Source: Cyanophora paradoxa CCMP329
Lineage: Eukaryota > Plantae > Glaucophyta
NCBI GenBank assembly: GCA_004431415.1
Contig: QPMI01000621.1
Location: forward strand, 62,001 to 126,000
DNA length: 64,000 bases
Direction of reading: 5' to 3'
In this document: positions 53,977-63,808 of the stretch, piece by piece
How the letters are laid out: every line of letters starts with the position of its first letter
How positions within the stretch are numbered: position 1 is the first letter of the stretch
Notes under the pieces: model-generated
What the model saw: the letters and a program-made list of their open reading frames with translations, nothing else
Told to the model about the DNA's origin: nothing
The model's database searches: none
Made by a program: the position numbers and the translations under genes

Positions 53977-55288
53977 TTAGCTACTTACACGCCTGATTCC
54001 GTCGGCGGAAATTATCATGATGTTGTGGGCGAGGGCAATGCACTGAATTTGCATCTTCTGATAAGCGGCACCCGCATACCATTCTGATGAACCTTCGGCT
54101 GCCGTTGTGACACCGTTGAATTCGAAGACCAGATCGAACGCCGATGTGCCTGTGGCATCGATGTAGCCGGTGTTCTCTTGGTTGAGAAGCGACGCCTTTC
54201 CGTTTCCAGCACCGAAATAAATGCCAGTGAGAGCGGGGTAGCTTGTGCTCTCGGTAAAGATCGCCGAATTATATTTCTCTTGAAGTTCGGTCGCGGCAAT
54301 CATGAGAGGAAGCGAAGTATTTGAGTAAAGGCGGTTATTGTTGAGTTCCACATAGAAGCTTACGGCGTTGGTTCTGAGTGCACGAGGAGCCAGAACCGAG
54401 AGAGTTCCGTTGTTAACCTTCGTCTTCGCGTTTTGGCGCACAGAGAATACGAGAGTGTGGATGAGACCCGCACCTGTGAGTTGCGAGAGATTGACTCGCG
54501 AACCGGAGGCGGTCGGCTGGAAATCTGTGTGTAGGAAACCGATTTCGTTGTAGGGGATCGCGATGCCAGTCGATTTAACACGGGCAATGGTCTCAGATAC
54601 AACCGCCTCATCGGCATTTACAACCTTGCAAATAACGCGGGGTTTCAGCACTTGAAGGGAAGCGCCATTGTTGGTTACCGCAATATTAGCAACATTATTC
54701 ACATCCTCAATGATACCATCCCCTTGCGCCTTGAATTCGATTTCCACTGTGATCTCAGAGTTCAGAGCGCAAAGTGGGAACATCGCCTTCTCGAAAGGAG
54801 AGGGTAAATCGATTTCGTAGGTTCCACCGACAGTGTTACCAGCGGTTCCGACAAGACCACCGACATAGCGAAGTTTCTTATCGAGTTCGCCCTGTTCAGT
54901 CATCAGTAGAAAATACTGGGTGACGAAATCTTCCGGGACAACATAGCGGAATGAAGCGTGAGAGATTTCAATGCGCTTAATTAGCGATCCAATAACGCGA
55001 AGGTAGCCAGTAGTTCCGGCGACACCATTCGTGAGATCAGTGAGGGTGATCGGGTTAAGATCGAGTTGCAGCGCGAGACCATTCAGGAAATGGTAGCGGG
55101 GATTTTGAAAACTACTCGGTTACCGAGGGCATTGGTTGGTTCGGTATCGGGGCGACCAGAACTCGAAGTGGCTTAGTGCCAGAGGACGTTCCAATGACCA
55201 GCGACTTGTTTAGGAAATAATCCTTGTAGTCATCGGTGGTGAGCATAGATTTCAGCGTTGGGCGCTGGAATTGGCTGTTAGTCTCCAT
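53977..55288 (-). CDS. Major capsid protein; two single-base frameshifts near 55150 and 55100
   Basis: Repaired N-terminus METNSQFQRPTLKSMLTT...TKPLRVLVAPDTEPTNALGNRVVFKIPRYHFLNGLALQ aligns with the PLV-1 MCP; shared VKSTGIAIP, R.NLSQ, ELN..RLYSN, I..A.G.R.V. Confidence 0.8.
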
Positions 55289-55335
55289 GAGCGTTTCTTC
55301 TCTTATCTTTGGGATCAGAAAATAATTTAAAGGGC

Positions 55336-56262
55336 TTAGTAGAAATTCATTTCGGGCGGTGCGTCGTAGGTTTCGATTTCAAAAGTGAAATAATGCGCCC
55401 AACCCCCGAAATCTAAGAGAGCGCCATCATGGTCGATGAGTTTAATCGTCAAGCGGTCGAACGATTTTAATTCGCGGAATTCACGAATGAGAGGCACCGT
55501 AGTGGACGTGTCGAAGTGGTAGATATCACCATGTTCGAGTTCCTGTGGGATTGGAATGCGCATGAAATAACCATCGACGTGCTTGTTGACTGAGCGAATA
55601 AACGGCGCAAATTCGTCAATATATAGCCAGATCATCGCCGCCGGGGTCTCATCTCCACGAGTATAGCCGCGAATGCGCCGATTGAGTGTCACAGTTCCCG
55701 TCCCAGGATTGAATACAAGGAATGTATCGCTTGCAAAAGGGGTAAATGTCTCGTAAACATATAGTTGAATTTCTTTGAAACCGAATATTGCGAGTTTCTT
55801 AGCGATTGCTTTGCGGTTACTGGATTTTCTGAGTGTGGCTTCGGAAGCCTGAGAGAACTTGAACCAAAAGTTACTATCACTGAAAAACTCATAGATCTTT
55901 GAAGTAGTATTATAGCGGCATTTAATATATTTTCCACCGAAGTCTGAAAGGCGAGCTGCTTCGAGTCTTTCTGTGACTTTTGCGGCAAGGTCGTCCTTGG
56001 TGTAAAATCCTTTGGGGATTGTGATGGTCACGAATCCTGAATCCGAAGCTGTGACCGAGAAAAAGAGTTCCATGCGCTCGATGGTTGCACCAGTGGCATC
56101 GATATCGTTCGTCACAGTCGAAAGAACATTGGGAACCGTTGCCTGCACCAGGCGCACCGATTTTACGTTGTCATAGCGACGGGGTAATGTCACTACATAC
56201 TGGTTTGGCTGAGTAAACTCCTCATCGCGATCATCGCTCGAAAAGCTCAGGTATTCTTTCAT
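55336..56262 (-). CDS. Minor capsid (penton-like) protein 1
   Basis: FSSDDRD...PNQYVVTLPRRYDNVKSVRLV.A.VPN, ITIPKGFY, RLTIKLID.DG.LLDFGG..HYFTFEI. Confidence 0.82.
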   Translation of the reverse strand: MKEYLSFSSDDRDEEFTQPNQYVVTLPRRYDNVKSVRLVQATVPNVLSTVTNDIDATGATIERMELFFSVTASDSGFVTITIPKGFYTKDDLAAKVTERLEAARLSDFGGKYIKCRYNTTSKIYEFFSDSNFWFKFSQASEATLRKSSNRKAIAKKLAIFGFKEIQLYVYETFTPFASDTFLVFNPGTGTVTLNRRIRGYTRGDETPAAMIWLYIDEFAPFIRSVNKHVDGYFMRIPIPQELEHGDIYHFDTSTTVPLIREFRELKSFDRLTIKLIDHDGALLDFGGWAHYFTFEIETYDAPPEMNFY

Positions 56263-56278
56263 CTTACTATAATAGATT

Positions 56279-57124
56279 ATGAAAAGAATAACAATAAATT
56301 GCGACAGTAGAGACCTTGAAAACGGCGTGCTGCATTTGAAAACGCGCCTTAATAATGTTCGACGATTTCGTGTGCTATCCGCTGAGATTCCAAATAGCTC
56401 TTATGTTGTTCCGCCCGATCAGACAATAACTATAACGCTTCTAAACGAAGAGCCCACAGTAATCCCCGCATCCAAAATGATAGCACCGATTCCCAGCGTA
56501 AACGATTATTATTACGTCGATGCTGATAACGAACGATACCCAAAAGAGAGAGCTCTAAACAGTGATGCTTTACTCGGATTTGCGGGCGGTTCTTTTGATC
56601 CGCTCGGTCTCTTCCCGGTTTCCTATTCTCTCGCTCTGTCTACGAACCGCTTCGTGTTCTCATCTCCGAATAGCCCTTTTACATTAGAGTCCTCAGACCA
56701 GGAGTTCTGTGACTGTCTCGGCATAGAACCCGGAGTGGTTTACGCCAGCACACCAGAACCAGTGCCGGTTCCACTCAGAGATTACCCCAGTCGCTACGCG
56801 ATTATATGCCCGAAAATGGTCGACTTTAATGCAATTCCATATATTTACCTTGATATCGAAGAGCTCCGCCCGTTTACCAAATTCGCAGCGGTTACTGGGA
56901 GACAGAACAATTTCGACGACTCCTATCTATTGCGAATTCAGATGAACTCGGACTTTGGTAGATATTCCTTTTACCACGAACCGAGCGCAAGCATCCCTTT
57001 CGTAAATGTCACATCGCAACTCGATTTAGATCGTCTCACAATTTCGCTTCGAAAATGGCGGGGATCTGTTGCAGATATAAACGGTCTCTCATACTCGTTC
57101 CAGCTCGAAGTGATCACCGATTAA
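56279..57124 (+). CDS. Minor capsid (penton-like) protein 2
   Basis: INCDSRD, NVRRFRVLSAEIPNS, YIYLDIEEL, RIQM, LDRLTISLR......DINGLSYSFQLEV. Confidence 0.82.
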   Translation: MKRITINCDSRDLENGVLHLKTRLNNVRRFRVLSAEIPNSSYVVPPDQTITITLLNEEPTVIPASKMIAPIPSVNDYYYVDADNERYPKERALNSDALLGFAGGSFDPLGLFPVSYSLALSTNRFVFSSPNSPFTLESSDQEFCDCLGIEPGVVYASTPEPVPVPLRDYPSRYAIICPKMVDFNAIPYIYLDIEELRPFTKFAAVTGRQNNFDDSYLLRIQMNSDFGRYSFYHEPSASIPFVNVTSQLDLDRLTISLRKWRGSVADINGLSYSFQLEVITD

Positions 57125-57159
57125 GCGCTGTCTCGTCAGCGCGCAACGACCGAAGGAAG

Positions 57160-58653
57160 TCACACGTAGTAGCCCTCGAAATCTATTCGGCATGCCGAAG
57201 CTACGTTCGTCGTGAGCACCCAGATTACGAGGGTTCTCACAGATCTCGGGTTCGCTAAGAAATGTTCGTCGGGTTCTACACTTCCGGCTATTTGATTTGC
57301 ATTGGTAAACACTCTCGTCGCGCCGGCTTCTGTGTATGTGACAAGCGCCGAAACTCCCGGAGTTAATTGGTAATCGATTTCAAACGTTTTAATGTAGTTT
57401 CCATTTGCAGCCGGCTTCATTTTTATAGAGGAAAGCATAAACAGACGCGGAAAATCAATGCGTAAATAATTGCCTCCCGACCTACTACCTTGCGGCGGGT
57501 TGGTAAATCCCACCCACCCCGTAGCATTTGACCAGCGGGCATCAGAAGCTGTGCCAAATTCCGCAATAAAGGCGCTATTATCGAGCGGCACCCAGTTAGA
57601 CTCCGGGGGTGCGCTTACATCTGTGCACCCGGACAGATTAATTATGGGAACATCGCCCTCTGAGATATTCATCGTCAGCACTGAATACATCGCATTAAAA
57701 TACGTTTGCTGTGCGGAAACAAAGGCGAGCGCTTCCGTTTCCAAATATTGCAGGTGCGTCGTTGTGATTGTATCGAGGGTCATTTTATCTTTCGGTAAAG
57801 GAACGCTCAGCTTATAGTAGCGATCGTAATTCTGATCATCGTTTCTGGGTAAAAGTTCCAGTAGCTTTACGTGGGCGTTTAGATCGCTCGACTCTAAGAA
57901 CATGCTGAGAATTGGCGATCCTGTGGCGCTTAGCATCCATTGCACGATCCCCCAATTTTTCATGGTGTCATACGAATATCCCGCGGTTGCTTTATCGGCG
58001 TCTTGGACGTGACCCGCCGTAATCGAGACCACGATAAGCTCCTCCTCGCAAGAGTTTCCGAATAAAGTGCGGGCAAATGTGTAACCGCAAACCCCGGGCG
58101 AATTATTTCCACTCATGCAACCATCGATTAAACAATATGTTCTTCCGGCGACTGTGACTTGTTTCGGCTCGAAATAGGTCGGAGCAGCCGAGGTAGCCCT
58201 TGCAGCATCGCGCACAAGCATCCCATTAATATCTTCATCGTTGCTTGAAATAAAAACGGGGGACATTAAGACCGTGTCGAACGCAGTTACTATGGTGGGT
58301 TTGTAGAGATCCGCCATGGTCGCTGAGCCGCAGAGTTCCAGAGCCACAGCTTCTAAGTTAGTTGCTTCATACTTGGGGCGTTGCACAATCGATGTAAGCA
58401 CTCGTGGATTCGCGAAAATCAGCGGTAGTTTCGCTTTGTAGAGCGCCAGAATATCAGTGGCAGTATATTTAGGGGCGCCATCGGTTCCCTTGATATTCAA
58501 TAGGAGCGCGATTAATCCACCTGTGGATGTTCCCGCAAAGCAGTCGAATAGCTGTTGGATTCGTTTACCGGTTTGGGCTTCAATCTGTGCCAGTATAGCA
58601 GCCTCGATTATTCCACGCGACCCTCCACCACTCAGACATAAAACGGTCTTCAT
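57160..58653 (-). CDS. Patatin-like phospholipase with C-terminal F5/8 type C-like domain
   Basis: LSGGGSRG, GTSTG, ATSAAPTYF, DG; C-terminal YLRIDF...SSIKM...YIKTFEIDY...RVFTNAN...NPRSVR...CRIDFEG. Confidence 0.9.
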   Translation of the reverse strand: MKTVLCLSGGGSRGIIEAAILAQIEAQTGKRIQQLFDCFAGTSTGGLIALLLNIKGTDGAPKYTATDILALYKAKLPLIFANPRVLTSIVQRPKYEATNLEAVALELCGSATMADLYKPTIVTAFDTVLMSPVFISSNDEDINGMLVRDAARATSAAPTYFEPKQVTVAGRTYCLIDGCMSGNNSPGVCGYTFARTLFGNSCEEELIVVSITAGHVQDADKATAGYSYDTMKNWGIVQWMLSATGSPILSMFLESSDLNAHVKLLELLPRNDDQNYDRYYKLSVPLPKDKMTLDTITTTHLQYLETEALAFVSAQQTYFNAMYSVLTMNISEGDVPIINLSGCTDVSAPPESNWVPLDNSAFIAEFGTASDARWSNATGWVGFTNPPQGSRSGGNYLRIDFPRLFMLSSIKMKPAANGNYIKTFEIDYQLTPGVSALVTYTEAGATRVFTNANQIAGSVEPDEHFLANPRSVRTLVIWVLTTNVASACRIDFEGYYV

Positions 58654-58696
58654 TATCTTATATACTTCTTATATATCTTCTTTGTTTATAAAGAGG

Positions 58697-61600
58697 ATGT
58701 CGTTCCTGAATCCGCGACCAGACGCACGAGTTATTAATTCGACCACTCAGATAGAGGACACTGATCAGGTAAACACTGAAATTCGCGGGTCTCTGAAAAT
58801 AAACTTCAATGCAGACCGCGAAGATCCAGTCAGTGGAACACCGAGCAGACCCGCAGCTTTGCAGTTAATGAACGTCGAGAAAGGGGATCATAAACTTGGA
58901 ATCGACTTTTTACTTGATGATAACGAACGAAACAGAGTCGCCAGCATTCAGGCAACCCGCCAGCTACCGAAAACGGTGCGATATAATCGTAGGAACATCC
59001 CGAAAGCATTCGATAGAGGTCGCTTAAACTTCTTCATTCAAGATGAGAGCGGTTTCCAAAATGCAGCTATGAGAATCGTGGATAATAGCACACTTATAGC
59101 GGGAGTATCCACACGGAAAACAAAGGTAGAGGTCGTCCATGATCTCTCAGCAGGTAATCTAACGACGAGTAACATTACAGCAAGTAACATCACTACGGAT
59201 ACCCTAAATGTAAACTCGCTCAACTCCGAGTCGTTTTTCGCCACCAATGTCGCAACCTGTAACCTAAACATCGAATCCTTTGTGATTCAGAAGAGCGAAT
59301 CGGTTCCCCAGATAACAGAGGGTGTTTTCACATTAGACCCCGCGAAACCGACCTTAGAAATTGTCGAAAATGGGAACGTTGTCGATATAATTGGCGCCAA
59401 TGCTCCGAATGTGAGATCCTTAGCACTTGATAAAACGACTATATCATTTGCAGAAGAAATTCCGGCTTTTACCACAGAGAAACAGGCACTGAGAACAGAC
59501 CATGTTCACATAACCAGAGACAATATAAACGATCTTTTAGGCAAGGACATCGTAAAGGCGTTTTTGGAGTTTGAAAGGAGCAAGAACACCAAAGATTCCA
59601 GCCAGGATGGAACCCTCACGACCCACACAACCGAAATCGCGGCTTTGCAATCAGAAATTAATGCTCTGTTTGCAGCAGATGGAGCGCTTGCAATTACCTT
59701 AGCCCATATTCTGTCGAAAAGGAACATATACCCCGCGACTGACAACACATACCGAGTTGGTTTATCGAATCTGAGATGGTCAGAGTTGCATGGAGTTTCC
59801 ATGTTTGCCTCCAATTTAATCCTTCCATTTAATCACTCACTCCGACCTAATCAGATTCTTACCAATGATAATGCACTGATCAGCTACACCGACTATAATA
59901 GTAACCTTTCCCGCTCAGTTTCGCGGACTGAGACCTACACTGTCGAGGGATACCCTCAGCAGCTCGCAAATGGGGTCTATGTCGCTTACGTAGGCAAACC
60001 TACATATACATTCACTTGGGATCAGTTGGGTGTCACAGGTTTCGAGACGAATATACCCACTGTTTCATTGGTGGATCACACTACTTATTATAATCCTATC
60101 TATAACAATAATGAATCTAATAAAGCATTTATCCAAAATGTCACCTCCACAGGGTTTCAGGTTTCGTTTGTCATTAACGAGACATACAATTTACTTATCA
60201 TCCGAAACAACTCATTGAGTTCCGAAGCTACTATTAGTTTCACTCTCACCATCAATTACATTAGCCCTGTATTCGATAGCAAACCCAGAGTAAAGGTTTA
60301 CCGAGATTTACAAGGTAGCAATATCGTGCCCTTCTCACAGAATTTCGATCTTGGGGCGAATTCTTTGAGGTGGAACACAGTTTATACTTTGAATGCAAAC
60401 ACCTGTAATATTGTGGTCGCAGGGTCATCGGCTACTATTGGAGATCTGACCGCCCCTTTTAGAAAGGAGTATCTTAAAGAACTGTATATTACAAAGTCTG
60501 ATTTACCAGATGCTATTTCGTTGGTGCTCTCCCCGACTCCCAGCATCTCATACCACAATGTGAAAGACACAAGTAATGTAGTGCGGAGTGGAAGCAAAGT
60601 ATTCCAGGCATCCGAGATATCAGCAACAACATATAGATATCTTGCAGGGGTTCCAGCGAATTTTAATTTCACATTTGAGACACCATTTGTTTCCCCTCCT
60701 ACTATTGAAATAACAGACACGAATTTGTATGTGGTCAATGATGGGTCAGCTACATCACTTCAAAATGCACCAGCCGGCTACTCCCCATTTGTTGCAACTA
60801 ACATAACAACCACCGGCTTCACACTTGTCGGAAATGCAACAGTGACATATGCTCTGTCAGGGTATCCTGTTGGGTTGTATTTTTCGAAATTTAATCTCTC
60901 TGTTATCCCAGCAGTGTCCCTTGCTCCTCCCTTTACTATCAGTTGGAAGGCAACAGGAACTATTCCGCGATTTGACCCCGAAGATCGATTAAAAATAAGG
61001 TATCCTCTCGATGTGACCGACCTCCATACTACGAGGATCAATGGGCAGAATTTCGTGTTTAATGGAACCAATGCGACTTTGATCGATAATAGAGTCACAA
61101 ATAATTACTTTTTCGATTCTCGATATATTAATACTTGCAACATTGTCATACAGAAAACGTTTGAGGATCGCAGTAAGACCTTAACAGTGACCTTGCCCAC
61201 TCACTCGAATGTCTCAGATGGATTTTACTATTATCTGTTAAATCGCTATTACACCTCTTATATTCCATATCCTTCTGAGACTGTCAACATGAGCTATCCC
61301 AGAGTCACCCTAACATCGACCAATGCTGACTTCTTTGGATCCACAGACTTCATGAGAGACTTCTTTTATTTTACATCCTCCACAGATGGTCTCTTAGTTT
61401 ATTACTCTTACAAATATGAGTCAATTGCTACCCAAATCGAAAGCCACCCAAACACTGATGTGATCACAGCAGGCGATAAGAAATATATAAAAACCGCTTC
61501 CCCATGGGTGTGCACTGTCCGGCTTGATGACAGATACACTCCTAACCTAAATAACATTGGATTGCACTCGACATGCAATATTTATGTGCAAGGTGCGATT

Positions 61601-62410
61601 TCGGCTACCAAATATTTTGAGGGTGGAAATTGTGATACAGGACATAGGTTGCTATCGCGAAATGGACTCTTTGAGTCATTCAGTGGGACGGCTCTACCGC
61701 CTTTTATCAGGGACACAGTCTATGACACCACATGCAATATTTGGGTGTGTCGATCTGTGAGCAATCCACCTGTGACACAGGAATTATACAAGTATCTCGC
61801 AGATACCTATGGTGCAATCTCAGGATCCTCCACAGGAAATCCAGCGACGGCTCCCATCGTGTTTGCAAATGCATACACAGCGCCGACCTCATTAGCAGGG
61901 TCGACGGAACCGCCCCCAGATTCAGATCCTAACTTGCCTCCTGATGAGTCAGACCCACAGACCCCACCTACCACTGATCCTACAACACCTAATAATCCCA
62001 CAAATCCTACTAATCCAGTCGGAGCACCGGGAACTGATCCAGGAACGTTAGTGCTTATGATTCTCTTACCGATTCTCGGTGCTCTTGGGCTTGTGCTTGC
62101 ATACAAATTCCGAGCTTTATGTTGTGCTTGCATAGACAGAACCATTGCAGGAGCAGGTAATAAATACTCCACACCTGAGCTGAATGTGACCCAAACAGCC
62201 GAAGGAGATGTGGGCTTAGAGGTGAGGTCAGCCGAGGGGCATGGTCTAAGTGTTGTGAGAACTGATCAACCACCAGCAAGTAGGGCAGCACCCAAAAAAT
62301 CACGAGCACAAGAATTGGCAGAGCAAACGATGAACAATGATAGAGACTTTATGGCGGAAATGGCACAGCGAGAAGGGAGAATATATGAACATGTTCCAAA
62401 TGTTATGTAA
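58697..62410 (+). CDS. Large fibre-like protein with C-terminal P/T-rich linker and predicted transmembrane helix
   Basis: N-terminus homologous to the PLV-1 fibre (FNADR, SRPAAL, GRL.F..Q); IYP..DNTY..G....RW fibre motifs; LVLMILLPILGALGLVLAY followed by CCAC. Confidence 0.8.
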   Translation: MSFLNPRPDARVINSTTQIEDTDQVNTEIRGSLKINFNADREDPVSGTPSRPAALQLMNVEKGDHKLGIDFLLDDNERNRVASIQATRQLPKTVRYNRRNIPKAFDRGRLNFFIQDESGFQNAAMRIVDNSTLIAGVSTRKTKVEVVHDLSAGNLTTSNITASNITTDTLNVNSLNSESFFATNVATCNLNIESFVIQKSESVPQITEGVFTLDPAKPTLEIVENGNVVDIIGANAPNVRSLALDKTTISFAEEIPAFTTEKQALRTDHVHITRDNINDLLGKDIVKAFLEFERSKNTKDSSQDGTLTTHTTEIAALQSEINALFAADGALAITLAHILSKRNIYPATDNTYRVGLSNLRWSELHGVSMFASNLILPFNHSLRPNQILTNDNALISYTDYNSNLSRSVSRTETYTVEGYPQQLANGVYVAYVGKPTYTFTWDQLGVTGFETNIPTVSLVDHTTYYNPIYNNNESNKAFIQNVTSTGFQVSFVINETYNLLIIRNNSLSSEATISFTLTINYISPVFDSKPRVKVYRDLQGSNIVPFSQNFDLGANSLRWNTVYTLNANTCNIVVAGSSATIGDLTAPFRKEYLKELYITKSDLPDAISLVLSPTPSISYHNVKDTSNVVRSGSKVFQASEISATTYRYLAGVPANFNFTFETPFVSPPTIEITDTNLYVVNDGSATSLQNAPAGYSPFVATNITTTGFTLVGNATVTYALSGYPVGLYFSKFNLSVIPAVSLAPPFTISWKATGTIPRFDPEDRLKIRYPLDVTDLHTTRINGQNFVFNGTNATLIDNRVTNNYFFDSRYINTCNIVIQKTFEDRSKTLTVTLPTHSNVSDGFYYYLLNRYYTSYIPYPSETVNMSYPRVTLTSTNADFFGSTDFMRDFFYFTSSTDGLLVYYSYKYESIATQIESHPNTDVITAGDKKYIKTASPWVCTVRLDDRYTPNLNNIGLHSTCNIYVQGAISATKYFEGGNCDTGHRLLSRNGLFESFSGTALPPFIRDTVYDTTCNIWVCRSVSNPPVTQELYKYLADTYGAISGSSTGNPATAPIVFANAYTAPTSLAGSTEPPPDSDPNLPPDESDPQTPPTTDPTTPNNPTNPTNPVGAPGTDPGTLVLMILLPILGALGLVLAYKFRALCCACIDRTIAGAGNKYSTPELNVTQTAEGDVGLEVRSAEGHGLSVVRTDQPPASRAAPKKSRAQELAEQTMNNDRDFMAEMAQREGRIYEHVPNVM

Positions 62411-63325
62411 CAACCTTAATTTTTGTAGTATTCCATAATAGAGTATAATGACTGAACCCATAGTAGAAACGACAATAAAGAATGCTGTCTTGGATAATCA
62501 ATTTTATATAACCCATGCCAATATACCCAGTGAATCCAATGACCTGATAGTAGATCTAAAAGGGTATGTGATGGGAGCTATGGCTTCCAATCTGTGGAAT
62601 GACATTTTTGGTTACGAGTTTGGTCACATATATGACATAGCAAATGGGATTGGCTATGTGGATGCAATGGCAGGAACAGCCTTTCGAAATCTTAATTGCA
62701 ACTGTGTGGGAGGGTGGATGTTTCAGATCTGTTCAAATGTCGATCCTACTATTGATCCAGCTACTGTGACCTTTGATTGCAATCTATTCGCCCCTAAAAC
62801 CATTTTCTCCATCACTTGCAACCTTGTATGTTCAGATGTGCCCATTGTAGCACCTGTAATAGGTGCATCCAATATGTATATCCAAAGAAATCCGGTCGTC
62901 CATACAGGTGCCGAATTTATATTGGGCGACAACACCCCAATCAGCCGCCTCGAATTACCCACGAATTTCACATTTAATCTCGTGGATGAGTTCCCTAACA
63001 GTCAAAGTCTCATGTATTTCACCTCTGAAAATCGCCTTTCGGGTGCATTCTCACCAATTGAGCTGTCTATACCAAAGCAAAAGGTGAGCTATAAGGAGCT
63101 TACAGATGTGCCGGCGGGATTCAGTGGGAAGTGGAGTGATATCATTCAGAAGCCGACTTGGAGTAGTGTAGCATACACAGGAAATTACTATGATCTTGTA
63201 AATCCTCCCGATTTCACAAGCTATATACCTCGTTGGATCGATCAAGGTGTAATTATATCAGAATCTACACTACCTTTCAATGGGACATGGGATAGATTAT
63301 TTACTAAACCGAATTTACATGCTGT

Positions 63326-63608
63326 TTTTTTTTTTGAGAGACTACGGTGGGGCGAACCCCCCGTAGGTAGTGATATTAAAGACAACAAAGCAATCACAAA
63401 TCAAAGATACAGTAAACTAGCACAAAATATATACAGAATCAAGAGGGATCACGAGAAGGGACACGATCAGAAGAACGCAAAAGATAAGGAGAACGAGCAC
63501 GAGGAGAAGGAGTAGAAGAGCTCAAGGGCGTCGATGCAAAAGTACTAGTCACACTAGAACGACGAGGAGCACGGGGACGCAGCAAATAAGGAGAACGAGC
63601 ACGAGGAA
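63326..63608 (-). mobile_element. Short poly(A)-tailed retroposon (SINE or 5'-truncated LINE 3' end)
   Basis: T11 at the left edge (poly-A on minus strand), preceded on minus by hairpin CTACGGGGGG-TTCG-CCCCACCGTAG; purine-skewed body unlike the flanks; no clear TSD. Confidence 0.7.
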
Positions 63609-63808
63609 CTACAAGTGGAAATTATGATGATCTGATAAACACACCAAACCTACATGCTGTGGCTACAAGTGGAAATTATGATGATCTGATAAACACACCA
63701 AACCTACATGCTGTGGCTACAAGTGGAAATTATGATGATCTGATAAACACACCAAACCTACATGCTGTGGCTACAAGTGGAAATTATGATGACCTGATTA
63801 ACACACCT
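63609..63808 (+). repeat. 54-bp coding tandem repeat (~3.7 copies; ATSGNYDDLINTPNLHAV)
   Basis: Directly visible; resembles VATSGSY.DL.NKP tail-fibre repeats. Confidence 0.9.

Noticed and set aside
13846-55152. Frameshifts in patatin (13846), penton 2 (15240), retro ORF (~37640), Pol-helicase start (~50196) and MCP (55100, 55150) as pseudogenisation or programmed recoding
   Set aside because: Each is repaired by adding one base to a short G/C run, the typical long-read deletion error; treated as probable artefacts pending read check.
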